Assembly: GCA_050084515.1 (NCBI GenBank)
Contig: CM114271.1
Coordinates: forward strand, 40,982,001-41,046,000
DNA: 64,000 nucleotides
Direction: 5' to 3'
DNA from: Blasia pusilla
Taxonomy: Eukaryota
Shown here: positions 25,891-38,675 of the stretch, piece after piece
Layout of the letters: every line of letters starts with the position of its first letter
Numbering within the stretch: position 1 is the stretch's first letter
The notes under the pieces: generated by a model
What the model saw: only the letters and a program-made list of their open reading frames with translations
The model's database searches: none
What the model was told of the DNA's origin: nothing
Position numbers and translations under genes: made by a program

Positions 25891-28800
25891 CTTAGGAGTA
25901 GTTGAGCCGCGTCATTTGAGGATGACAGATCATAACTGTTACATTGGTGAATCCCATCCCTACCGAGATGGTTGAGGCAGTGGCTGGGGGCAAGACCTGA
26001 GGAGATCGACACACCATGGATGATCGAGAGAGACGCCCTTGAACTTCTTGGGATGTTTTTCTGGTAAGCCGGGAGATGATAGCCACAACATTGAGCGTGG
26101 TTCTAGGTATTGCACGTGGAGGAGATCTGATTTTATAGTTGGTTGTAGGAGAGTAGTCCAATTCTGTTGTTCGAGATGGGGTTGCACCATAACAACCACC
26201 GACATCCGTGCTAGAGAGTCTTACCATAGTCATGATGGAGACTTGGGAGCCAAATATGGGCCCTAAGTTGACAAGAGGAGAGTTGTGCCGCATACATCAG
26301 TTCCTTAGGAGTAATAGGAGTTGTTTTGTATTTAGCATGCATGATTTGGGTACTCTAAAGGGTCCACGGATCCGCACTGAGTTGTCGAGCGACACGACGA
26401 TCTTCCGACGACCCTACAGGTACAGTGATATGGAGAGGGCTCTGTTCAGAGTAGCAGCGAGGACTTGGTTGGAGTAGGACTAGTGGAGATGTCGCATGAA
26501 GAGTATGCATCTGCCACTATCATGCTCGCCAAGAAGGATGTGCATGGCAACTCGACGGATAGGCGGATGTGTGGAGATTACCGACCTATCAATCGGCAGA
26601 CAAAGTTTGATAAGTATGCCATGCCCACCCTTGAGGAGATCTTTGATGCTATTAGGCATGCAAAGGTTTTCAATTTGTTAGATCTTCAAGCCTATACCAT
26701 GAGTTTCCTATCAGATTGGAGGATACGCAAAGACGGTATTTTGGGGCCTTGATCCTCATGGGAAGGATTGCTTGTACTAGTGGCGGTTCTTACCATTTGG
26801 GTTAAAGAACGTCCCAGGTGAGTTTCAGAGGTTCATGGATAGGATCTTGACCAGTCTGGATTTTGCTAGGTATTATATTGATGACATCGTAGTCTTTAGC
26901 GCCATGGTTGAGGAGCATGAGCGACATCTAGAGGAGGTGTTTCGACGATTTTAGTTATATAGGCTGAAGCTACATCCAAGAAAGTGCAAATTCTTCTACG
27001 ACCAGATATATCTTGTCATACGATATATCTAGGGGGCCTTGGTGTGCAGCGGACGAAGGTAGAGAGTATTTCACACATTCCATGCCCTATAGATGCGAGT
27101 CAAGTTCGTGCATTCATGGGATTGGCGGACTTCTATTGACGGTACGTCAAGGGTTTCAGTTTGATTGCAAAGCCGTTGACCTTGCTGACCAAGATGGATC
27201 AGGAGTGGCATTGGGGAGATGAGCAAGAGAGAGCATTTAAGTTGCTCAAGGATCGATTGACGTTTGCGCCCATATTGAGGAGATCGATCAAGGGGCGTCC
27301 TTTCAAGTTGCATACTGATTGGAGCATGTTGGAGCTTGGACTTGTGCTCACCCAATATGACGATGATGGTAAAGAGTTCGTGGTGGCTTGCGCTTGTCGC
27401 TCGAACAATATTGCAGAGGCAAAGTATAGCTCGTGTGAGGGTGAGTGCTTGGCTGTAGTTTGGGTTGTTGCACATTTCAAGTGGTATTTATTCCGCAACC
27501 CCTTTACCATCATTACTAATCATCAATCACTTAAGTGGTTGATGGGGTCCGACAAGCTTACACGGAAGCTTGCGAGGTGGGCTCTTTTGTTGTAAGAGTA
27601 TGACTTCTAGGTGGTGCATAGACTTGGGAACCTCAACCAGGATGCAGATGGTTTGAGCCATAACCCATGCCCGAGTCAGCAAGATGCGACTGGAGTTTGT
27701 TGGCATGGAGAGAGTGATGAGGAGTTGGTGCCAGGATGGCACGCGTCAATCTATTTGGGCTTGTTGGCTATGGAGAGCAAGATTGCTGAGACTTTGATGG
27801 TAAGGTTTGATGGAGAGTCCTTAGATCTAGAGGCCGATGAGGAGACGACAAATGGCCGAGATATTCATGACGATGGAGTGATCTTAGAGAACATGCGTAC
27901 TGATAGTGTCACGACCACAATGGGTGCTAGAGAGTGGAATTGGATCCTACAGCGAGCCTAACATCTCCAATCGGGGGGGGGACACATGTGTTGCGAGTGT
28001 GGGAGGATGGTAGAGTATGTGCAGTGCCTCATCCTTCATAGAGAGGACGTTTGGTGCGTTATGCCCATGAGGAGTTGGGTCATTTTGGAGTGAAGCGGAC
28101 ATATAGCTTGCTTGTCAGAGTGACATTCAACATTAGTTTGTGATCGAATCCAAACATCGTGCAATGCTCCGACTCCATAGTTGCATCCACTTTCGATCAT
28201 GGGTTTAGGTTATAGATGGAGTTTGGATTTTGCACGACCGTTATCTTTGACGGAGCGTCCTAGTCGTTATGTGTTGGTGATAGTCGAGCACTTCTCAAAT
28301 TGGTTAGAGTTGGTTGCATTGCTTGACAAAGCAAGTGAGGGAGTAGCGTATGTCTTCCTAGATCGAGAGTTGAGTCATTAGCGTGCACTAGTTAAGGTGT
28401 GTACAGAGTTTCGCGGGGAGTTTCATGCCTTGCATACGTGATCAGGCGTTTATTGACCATTGGTGGAGAGGGTTGTGCAAACAATGAAAGGAGGATTACG
28501 CAAGTATGGCTTGCAAAGAGGTCACCTAGGAGATTGGGACCTCCAATTGCCGTGGTCGGCGATGGGATACAGATTTGGCAGGTAGCCATCCTTAGCGTCT
28601 TTCTCATCGTACTTGCTACTTTATGGCTGAGAGCCAGATTTACCTGCAACCATTCGTCGAGATGTTGGTGAGGTGTTGAACCTTGATAACCCTGATGTAT
28701 GGATGGGAGCATATTCTGAGAGGGCTGAGTTGTTTGGGAGAGTGATGCCCATGACGTTTGAGAACTTGGCGATTGCGCAACATCATGATACGTAGAGGTA

Positions 28801-29839
28801 TGCGACTATTTGGGGAGGTGGTTATCAATCTATTATCCGGAGGTTTCATCAGGGAGACTATGTCTACTTGCAACGGACAACATCCAAGACGTTGGATGTC
28901 AATGCAAGACGCACCATCTTGAGAGTGCGTGAGATTTTTCCATCTGATATTGTCTTATTAGAGGGACGCGATGGTATGGTTAGGAAGGACCATGTGTGTA
29001 ACTGTACGCCATGTCACCTTCATAACATTGACGATATAGTTGATCCGAGCTTAGAAATAGTTCTTGCAGGCTTACGATATATGTTGTGTGGTTTTGCCGT
29101 AATCAGCCACTATGCTAGTTTGTGATGGATATTCGAGAGGATGGCATATGGCATGTTTGACGCCATCTCTCACTAGGGTTCCTCAGGGACAATGGATGTG
29201 TTCCACATGTACATAGAGTAGGTAGTTCTAGATTATGACTTATGTCTATGACATGGATGACAAGAAGGCGACTAACGATGGGGCCACATAAGCAGTCGGC
29301 CTTTTTTGCTCTTAGCATCCGAGAGATGTAGTCATGGTAGGTAGGGATAGATGGCTATGTGGAGTTAGAGGGACCTACCCACCAGCTAGGGGGACGATTG
29401 GAGAAATTTTTGTACTTCTTGTCTCGTTGTTTGGATACCATGAGTTAGCATGGGATCGTGCGTGTTTGCGTGTATGTTTGTTGAAAGCGATGTATGTTTT
29501 GTAGCGATGTATATACGCACGATAACTATGACGACTTTGAGAATAGATTGGCGAGATCTAGAAGAACACCTTTAGAGATAATGAAGGATAGCCTTATGAG
29601 GTCGAGGATGATCTTCTGAGGCCACAAATAACCTGAGAGAGCATATTTCCCCTTTGCTTCGGCTCATTTGGAGCCATGTAGTGAACATACTATTTTGATT
29701 AAGTTTCTATTTGGAGTATAGTTGACTTTCCACTTTGGGAACTAGCCCTTGACCCGCTACAGCAGGTCAAGAGCCAAGGAGGCGACCTGCGAGCATAGGT
29801 TATCGAGGAGAGAGCTTGGGAGAGGGAAGGGGATATACC

Positions 29840-29957
<118 letters not shown>

Positions 29958-32439
29958 AGAGCTCATTCTCTCTTTGTTGAACCTCTTGGCATGAGGCGGC
30001 GGAGCTATGGTCCTCCTTGCCTTGTGCGTGTAACCCAAGCCTCTCATTAGGAGAGTGGGTTTGGTTTGACATGAGAGAGAGTGCACACCATAGAGAGTTT
30101 GGTGTGAGAAATGATGTGAGATCTACTTGATTTATTGGAGATACTTTGGTACTTCTTGTCTCATTGTTTGGATGCCATGAGTTAGCATGGGATCATGCGT
30201 GTTTGTTAGTATATTTTTTGACAGCGATGTATGTTGTGGAGCGATGTGCATGCGCACAAAAAATTTCCATGTCATTGAATGATGTGACATGGTGACTAGA
30301 ATTATCAACATTAAATCGAATACAACCATGTATCAACTTCACGTAGGAATGAATGACGAGGTCATAGATTCAATCACTATAGATGATGACAAGAATTATT
30401 ATTAGGCTGTCATATAATGCCATATGTAAGTATATCTTTGAATCAATTTGTGACACATAATTGAAATGACTTAGTCATATCAAGAAAAGTCAATAATTTT
30501 ATTAGCCATTAAATATTACAAAATTAGTCATTTTATATGACTTGTCTTTATAACTCTATTAGTCATGTACATGAGTATATCACTCATTGCCCAATGACTA
30601 TCAATAATATTTTATCACTATATTGGATATTTTGATGAGCGTTTGAGTCATTATCTTGATTATATTACTCATTGTTGTGATTATATGAGTCATTATCCAA
30701 TCTGAGTAGTTGTGTCAATCATATGTGAGTGCAAGAGTCATATGTATTATGTTACCATTAATTTAATGTCCTTGTATTAATACAATTAGAAATTCTCTCT
30801 ATCATTTCATTCAGTAACATAAATATAAATCTTATTAGCATATTCATTAGTGAGGATAGATATAATTTGATATCTATTGATTTCTTCACATTTAACTCTA
30901 GCCAAATGATCAAACTTTCAAATGCATCTCCAAGTGTAAGTACAGGAGGATCATTCATTGTGTAATTTGTGTTCAGTTCCTGTCGTTTGTAATTAGATTG
31001 CATTGTATCCTTAGGGTCCACTCTAACCAAACCAAGACCATAATCCTTTCCTCCAAACTTATATTTCCCACTTAAATATGAAACTACGCATGATCCAATA
31101 TTCCAAAATAGCCAATTCAAAATAGAAAGAAAATCGTAAAGGTAGCACCATAAGAAAATTGATAAACTAAAATACCCTCATTCATAACATTGGTGAAGGT
31201 CCATCCACCTATTGGTAAATTCTTTGGTAAATGGTTAAGCCTCACTTGGTTGGGTACCAAAAATAAGAAAAAGAAAATTCACAAAAAAACTCATCCATTA
31301 AAGCTAAATATCCATAAAAGGAACAACCCTTTTCCTTTTAAAAAGTGGGAAGCCTTTTTATTTACCTCGAGATTCTTTTTGTTGAGCACTTTTAGGTCAT
31401 ACTGTCAACCATCTTGGTGGTTGCCTCCACCTTCTTGTTGGTCTTTAGTGAAGTGTGTGTGTGCACTATTGCTTCGTCTATATAACAAAGAAATTGGAAG
31501 TTTGCAATACATAGATAAGCGAAGAAAATTCTCACATTCAACAATCATAAATAAACAAATTTATCTTATCTAAAAATCAATGCAACTGGAATAAATAATA
31601 CAAGGAATAAGAATACGAAGTGGCTGAGAGATGCACCTTGGAAAGTTGTAGTAGTCACTCATTTTGCTTAGTCAGTAATGGTAAGATTTGGATAATCAAT
31701 CTTCTCTTTACCTACGCGAAAGAAAGAGTCCAAATGCCAATAAATATTTTCATGTCTTACTCGACATAATATTTAAATCCTCACAAGAAAAAAATCAGTT
31801 TTCTATGTTCAAATAGAAAATGTAGTTATAAAAATGTATCGAGGATTTAGAGGAGTAACTTTGAATTGCACACTTGATTAGCTCTTACTTCTACTATGGA
31901 CATCCTTATTGTCTATGAAATTTCAAATTCCCTTTCTTAGGCGACTTGTTGGCCTCAATGCCAAGTTGTAAGTTTGTCACAACCTCCTATTCTTCTTGAT
32001 AGAACCATGTACAAGCCACATAAGTACTTAAAAAATAAGCATTTGATGATACCACAAAACCAGAATTTAGAGGTTATATAAGCAATATAACTTACTTTTC
32101 AAAGTTTTTGCATCATCCATGAATACACCATCAATTGATATACTAAAAGTAGTTCTTTCCCACTTAGATCCAATTTGGAGACCCAATTCATAAGTACTTA
32201 TAACTTCTTGGGGATATTTTGAGGAGTGGCCTTAAGACTGCTCCATTTATTTGACTCTCCCATAGGCTACTCTCAATTTGGGACCTAATATCTTGTATAC
32301 CTTCATCCAATTTTCTCTCAACATCATTTAGGTAGGAAGTGAGATCATATTCAACTCCCTATCAAGCCTACAAAAAAACTAACACATTTGAACATGAATG
32401 TTTCTTCCAAGTCTCGTTCTAGCATCTAACTCTCGTTCT

Positions 32440-32718
32440 AACATGGGCATCTATCACCTCTGAATGACACTAATCAATCGACACAAGCGAGTAAATTTCT
32501 CACAGAAACTCTCTCTCATACACTTATGGAATTCATGGATGCTCTGCAACTTCTCAGTTCGTAACCCCTAATAGTGCCTCTGCAACTCTGCAAAGAACTC
32601 AACCACAAGATTGAACCTAGCACAAACCCTACTAGACAATACAACTGCCCCAATCTGACGCATCCCTCCTAGACACTCATTGGTGGTAGAGGAAGTAGCT
32701 CCTCCTCCTCATCTAGAA
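32440..32718 (-). pseudogene. gag fragment of the DNMT-Gypsy family
   Basis: Reverse complement gives RFNLVVEFFAELQRHY*GLRTEKLQSIHEFHKCMRESFCEKFTRLCRLISVIQ, homologous to copy B gag FSPVAEFFKRLKKNYQVVKTEKLRSLHEFERKTGESLREAYTRMQSLISVTQ. Confidence 0.75.
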
Positions 32719-35700
32719 TTCCCAACCCTATTTAAGGAAGGAAGATGGCTTTCCCAAGCCATCTTTCTCATGTTGGGCCATTGGAGCACCTCTCTTGTTA
32801 TGTGTGAGATAAGACCAAGGTGCTAGCGTCTCGATTTCTTGAGAGTACAAGATGGATGAGGCTCGATAGGCCAATGTAAATTGAGGAGAGGAGTTTTAGG
32901 CCCGGTGTGCCATTTTTACTACTCTTTATTTTTACATGAGAAAGATGTTAGGGGGCTTATGAGAATTCGTTGTTTGCAGATAGGCAAGCAAGTTCCCTTG
33001 ATGGGGAGCCCCACATACGCTGGTTGGCATTTTGTTGTCGTTTTCTTGTCCAGAAAGTTGTGCACGGAAGAGCTGCCCGTTTTTCTTCTCAGATCTTGCA
33101 GGGACGGGTGACGAGGGACATCGACAGAGTGGGGATCGGGCAAGAGCGCTTGGGTGCAACGCATAGTATTGTTAGAGGGTCGAGAGAACGACACATAGGA
33201 GGAGTGTCGAGAGAGAAGCATATTCACGGCTTGTAGTTGCCGGGGGGCCATCAAAAGGTGGATAGGGGCTAGGGCATAGCCGCCCAAGGCTAGGGTTAGG
33301 TCGGACAAGGGAGAGGGCAGGGCCGAAGTACGTCGGGAGCCGGACCCGAGAGCCACGAGCCGGGATTCGGGGCCGGACATTAGGGCGTCAAGCCGCGGCC
33401 CTTGGCCGCAATCCTCCTCTCCTCCCCCACCTTTCATTTACTTCCCCCCCCCCCCCCTTCCCCTACATTTAAGGACGTGCATAGGGCACCGTGACGGACG
33501 TGGTAAGGGCATAGTGGATGTGGTGGAGTAAGGGGCATGGGCAACCTGGTAGAGATGGGATAGACGTGGTTGAAAGGGAAGACGTGGTAGGCAAGCCGAA
33601 TGTCGTCCAGGTCATGGTTGACTTAGTCGGGCAATGCAGACGTGGTCAATCGGAAGGACGTTATCATGACCATACGGATTATGTCGTAGAGTATAGTGGG
33701 CTAGTAGAAGCCATACCTTATGTAGGGCCGTAGTGTCTAGATAGAGATGCGGTTTCATACATAGGATTGGGGGTTACTCAGTTGAGGGTGACTTTTCTAG
33801 TAGGGCCCGCTCTTAGGTTGGAGGGTATAGTGTGGAGTGCACTCAAAGAAAAGTAAGTTCTTTGAGTTGAGCCTGTTGCGTTGGGAGTTAGCCTTGGTAG
33901 TGAGTAGAGCTCTTGGCTATGGTGGTTTCCGCAAGCTTCGATCGGGATTCTCCCATCGTGAAGTGGGTTTGACTCCATTGTATGTGATTCTATACGTGTT
34001 TTATGATAGAAGGTCTTTCGCGGATTTCACTCAAAGAACTCGAGTAGATCGATGGTAGCTTCGATCGTAGATCAGTAGGATCTGCTTAAGGCTGATTGTG
34101 TACTCATCCGTGGATGTTCATGGTTTGTGGCCTATGTTGGAGGTATGAATCCGGTGTGTAGTTGGTTGGGAAAGAAGTGCCTTGCTCAGAGCTTTCCAAC
34201 GCGCATTAGATCGCCGGATTTTGTCAAGGGAGCTAGAAGTTATCAGGGATTGAAGATTCTCGTTCGTGTTCGATGGTATTCTAATGTGGAGAGCTTGGAG
34301 TGCGGAAGCTCTGTTGAAGTTCATCCAGATCGGTTGAGAGGTTCCTGTTGCTACCTGTATTTTGATCTCATGTGAAGCTATCTTCTTGAGTCTATGGAGC
34401 GTTGCGGATTTTTGTGTGCATGAATCTGGGCGGAAGCGCTGTCAGATTTCTGATTCTGGAGGTGTATGGAGAGCAAGTTTGTCTGATTTCTAGCTAGAAG
34501 TACAGAGCTTGGTTGTAGCTGATGTTTTGTGGAGAGATAGCTATGGTGGCTAATTGAATTCAGGTCGAAACAGATTTAATTTTGGTTGAGGATTTGTGGA
34601 GTAATTGTTGATCAAAATTTTTCGGACTAGCTCAAGGTCTGGCTATGGTAGACAACAGATCGGAGGGGTTGGTTGGTTGGTGACTCATCCATTGTTGGAG
34701 ACGCCTATCCCATTGGGGGCGCCCTGGTTGGGTATCTCTCCATAGTGAAGCATGGTGAAGCGTGGCGAAGCGTGGCGAACGGGGCAATAGGGGCATATCG
34801 GCGAGTGGGCGAGTGGGCGTGAGAGGCGGAGTAAGGAGCAAGGAGCAAGCAATCAAGCTTGCTTGCTTGGGCGTGAGGCAGTTTTTGCAAGATTTGTGAG
34901 TTGAGTGTTTAACTGCTGAGTTCTTAACTATGCCAGTATACACACTCGTGTAGCTCATTTGGTGTTGTTTGAAGATGTGTTGGGCGCTTTATGCATCTTG
35001 GGTTTTCGGTTGATGGACCTCTAGCGCATAGTACGGTGTAACCTCTCCATGCACATGATATTTTCAGGTGCTACGAGTGCGACTAGCACGTCATCGACCA
35101 GCGGCGGAGTAGCTATTGCATTAGAATTGTGTGGTGAGGTGTGTGGATTCAAGGGGCGCCAGGTTTGGTGGATTGTGTTACCTTGATTTCCATTTGCGAT
35201 TGGAGGGTTGTTGTTGGACTTCCGGTGTTTGGATCCCCTTCATTGTTGCTTCTTGCTTGCGCGCCCATTGTTAGGGTTGACGCTGATTTCCAGAGTAGTT
35301 TTACTCCTGTGTGCTACCGGTAGTGAGGCTGGAGTGATGACCAGAAGACCGTGGGAGGCTTCTTGTGGTGATGACAGGTTAGGTTGCCTACACCCATAGC
35401 TAGTAGAGCTAGAATAGTACAACGATATCGACGTCACTTGGTTACTTAGTGGTGGTGATTTTGTGGTGGTGCGGCATCAGCGTTGGTCATCACGGAGGTG
35501 TCTGGTGGTCTGGTTGGGGACTGTGGTGCGGACAATGGTGGTTTTACACAGAGTGGATTGAGGTATCGGCTACCTTTTCCACTTTCGACGGTTGATGAAG
35601 AGAAGGACGAGGGTGTTCCAAACACCGAGTCTTCTACGTTGTTATCGTATGTTGCAGCTCCATTGATTTGGGACATGGACGGGATATATGGGCCATAAAG

Positions 35701-37753
35701 GGCCCACGACAATACTCGAGCGCAGTGGGTTCCATTGAGTTGGAGGACTTCATTCAGGAGTTTGATACGTGGTGTGATATGCAGATGTTGCGGAACGCCA
35801 CATTGTTTACAGCCTTCTTGGCTTGGAAGGGGTTGTTTTAGCACTTGGAGGGACCATCCATGGACAATTACCATGAGTTTAGGAAGGACCATGTTGCTGA
35901 GATTGAGGTGTGGAGACAATATTGGTCTCGAGGCTATGTGTCTATCACCCATGGTCGTATTGGTAGTAGTGCTCCTACTATGCTAGCCAGCCCGACGTTG
36001 AGTGGTACGAGTACGAGCCGGATTGGGGGTACAAGTGGAGGTACCCATGGAGGTACCAGTGGAGGTACTAGTGCCCCACCATCATTCAGCCCGGTTGCAG
36101 AGTTCTTCAAAAGGTTGAAGAAGAACTATCAGGTAGTGAAGACAGAGAAGTTGAGGAGTCTTCACGAATTCGAGCGAAAGACTGGTGAGAGTCTTCGTGA
36201 GGCATACACTCGTATGCAAAGCTTGATTTCAGTTACCCAGGGTGTGATGGAGGCTCAAGCAGTCCAGTTTTGGTATGGGATCCTGGACAGAGAGTTGCGC
36301 CGTAGGGTACGTGATGCTACTCTTATGAGTGATGATTCACCCACATTGACCCATGTGTTTGCTCAATCTAAGAAGATTGAGCTTAACATGGTGGAGATGA
36401 GAGTGGTGACATCTGCATTCAGTAGGGATACAACTACTACTTCTCGTGTTCAGCAGTCCACCTCACAGTCTCATAGTAGTGGTGATGGTAGTAGTAGTGG
36501 GAGTCGTGGGGGTTACACACGACCTCAATTAGGTCCTAGAGGGACACTTGCGCAGAGACCATTGCCTTCATTTGCTGCCCCGCAACAAGGATAGTCATGT
36601 TGGACATGTCGAGGTGATCATGTTAGGAGGTTTTGTCCAAAGTCCGTCTCCTATCCTCTTGGAGACGGACTTTGGACGATGGGCCTCAGTTGGCCCCAAC
36701 TCAGTGTGATCATTGTAGGAGACCACGTCATCCTCGAGAGCGTTGCTTTGATCTTCATCCAGAGTTAAGATCAGGACGTGGCCGTGGTGGAGTAGCTCCA
36801 AGAGGCCGATGTGGTAGAGGTGGTAGAGGGCAACCCTCTATGTGAGGTGTAGCATTGAGTACTAGTGCTACTTGGCAGGCAGCAGCGGCGAAGATGGATG
36901 CATTACCAGCCCGACCAGCCATTGATTGTGAGAGGCTTACACCTAGTGTATGTATGTTGGACAATCGGAGTGGGATATTTCGATTGGTGAGTCCTACAGG
37001 ACAGGTGTATAGACCAGATAGAGTCTTGTTAGACTCTGGTGCCCAACCTTTGATGTTGGGAAAGGCGGCATGTATTGGTTTGGGTATTCAGAGGTCAGAG
37101 CTTGAGCCTTGCCCATTCCAGATTCAAACATCACTTGGAGGAGCCAATGATAGGTCTCAATTCATGACACAAGAGAAGTTGGCTGTACAGTTGAGACTAG
37201 ATCATGCGACTGATAGCTCCCGGTTGGGAGTACCTGCAGTGGTCACATTAGCCGAGTCGTATGATGTACTAGTTGGACGAGCAGTATTGTACCCTATGGT
37301 TTTTCAGATGGACTATTGGACTCAGACAACGTCTTATAGACCTGGTTGGCAGTCCGGGGATGGACGTATGAGCCAGGTTCTGTCGGATTTATTTATGGGG
37401 CTTGACCAGGAGGGTCTTCCCCAACGGTGTAAGCATATGTGGCTGGTTTTAGTGGAGAAGTCACTTGGCCAAGAGACTTTTTAGAGGGTAATCTTTCTGC
37501 TATGGATTCTCCTGTGCATGAGGAGGTAGAGGAGGTCCCTAGTTTTGCATCAGTGGCATCCTCATCGTTGGATGTGCCACTTTGGAGTTCACGCGGTGCA
37601 CTACGGTAGGAGGCTGATTGCCTAGTGTAGGAGGCTTGGTGTGAGGTTGTTATACCTCACGAGGAAGAGGAGGCCCCACGGCGGACTCCTACTTCTGGTC
37701 TTGTTGGGTTATCCCCTTTGGATACTACACCCATTGTATGGCAGTATCCGCCG

Positions 37754-38675
37754 AAGGGCATTTGTATGTTAGATCTCTTTGGTGGGATTAGCACTGATTT
37801 GGCTGCACTGTTGCAGGCCGGTATTCCTGTGCGGAGATACGTGTATGTGGAGCAAGATGAGACGGCCCATAGAGTCTCATCCCGACATATTGGTCAGTTG
37901 ATGCGGAGATATCCTGAGTTTTTCCGTCATCAGCTATTCGTGGGTACCAACGCGCTTTGTCGTCACACATTGCATTGTTGGGGGCGCAGGACTTTGAGAG
38001 GGATGGCTTGTGGATTTGGCGATTTCAGGATGCCCATGTCAGGGTCATACATGTGTTGGTCGTGGTGAGGGATTACAGGACCCTAGGTCTCGATTGTTTT
38101 GGGAGATGTTATGAGTGTTACGACATCTTCAGGTTCATGTGGCACGTGCTCTAGCTTACATTCTGTAGAATGTTCCATTGTTGGGTGACACTAGGACCCG
38201 GATGATGGCGAGTGTTCATGAGGTGCGGTCTTGGATTGGACCAGCGTGTTGTTGGATACAGCGCGAGTTGGCTTGCGTGCACATTGTCCATGCTTGTGGT
38301 GGAAAAACTTGTTGCCTAGGGAGGTTCTACGTCGAGCATATGATGCAGTGCAGCAGGATAGTATCTTGGATACTGGGCGACTTTCTCAGGTGGTGAGGGT
38401 TATTGATCAGTCACCCATGGTAGTGGTGAACCGTGTGGGCCAGCCTAGGATGGCACTACCCACAGTTATGAGTTTTCCCTCGTCACATGCCTACAGGGAA
38501 GGTGGTCCCGGGCTTGTATGGGATTCTCATGTGCGATAGTTGGTGGAGCCTAACGCTGATGAGAGAGAGCGTGCGATGGGATTTGCTACTGGTGTGACAG
38601 CGATCGCTTCCATTTATGAGGCTTCACGACGTCATGTGTTGGGTCAGGCCATGGACCTGAATTGTTGACCTGGCT
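37754..38675 (+). pseudogene. DNMT3-like C5 cytosine methyltransferase domain, copy B (catalytic PC intact; frameshifts and stops elsewhere)
   Basis: I GICMLDLFGGISTD; II YVYVEQD; IV VDLAISGCPCQG (PC at 38034-38039)...DPRSRLFWEM; VI AYIL*NVP; VIII AHCPCLWWKNLLP; IX/X EPNADERERAMGFATG...SRRHVLGQAMDLN. Confidence 0.92.

Noticed and set aside
28020-29400. Tyrosine recombinase, expected if these were DIRS/Ngaro elements
   Set aside because: No R-H-R-Y type ORF recognised; a DDE integrase and a PPT are present. A decayed one in the long leader cannot be excluded without an HMM search.
30260-32400. TGAC/GTCA-rich tract and a 120-aa - strand ORF (30758-31120)
   Set aside because: May be a CACTA-like relic that hosted copy A, but no terminus or domain is recognisable.
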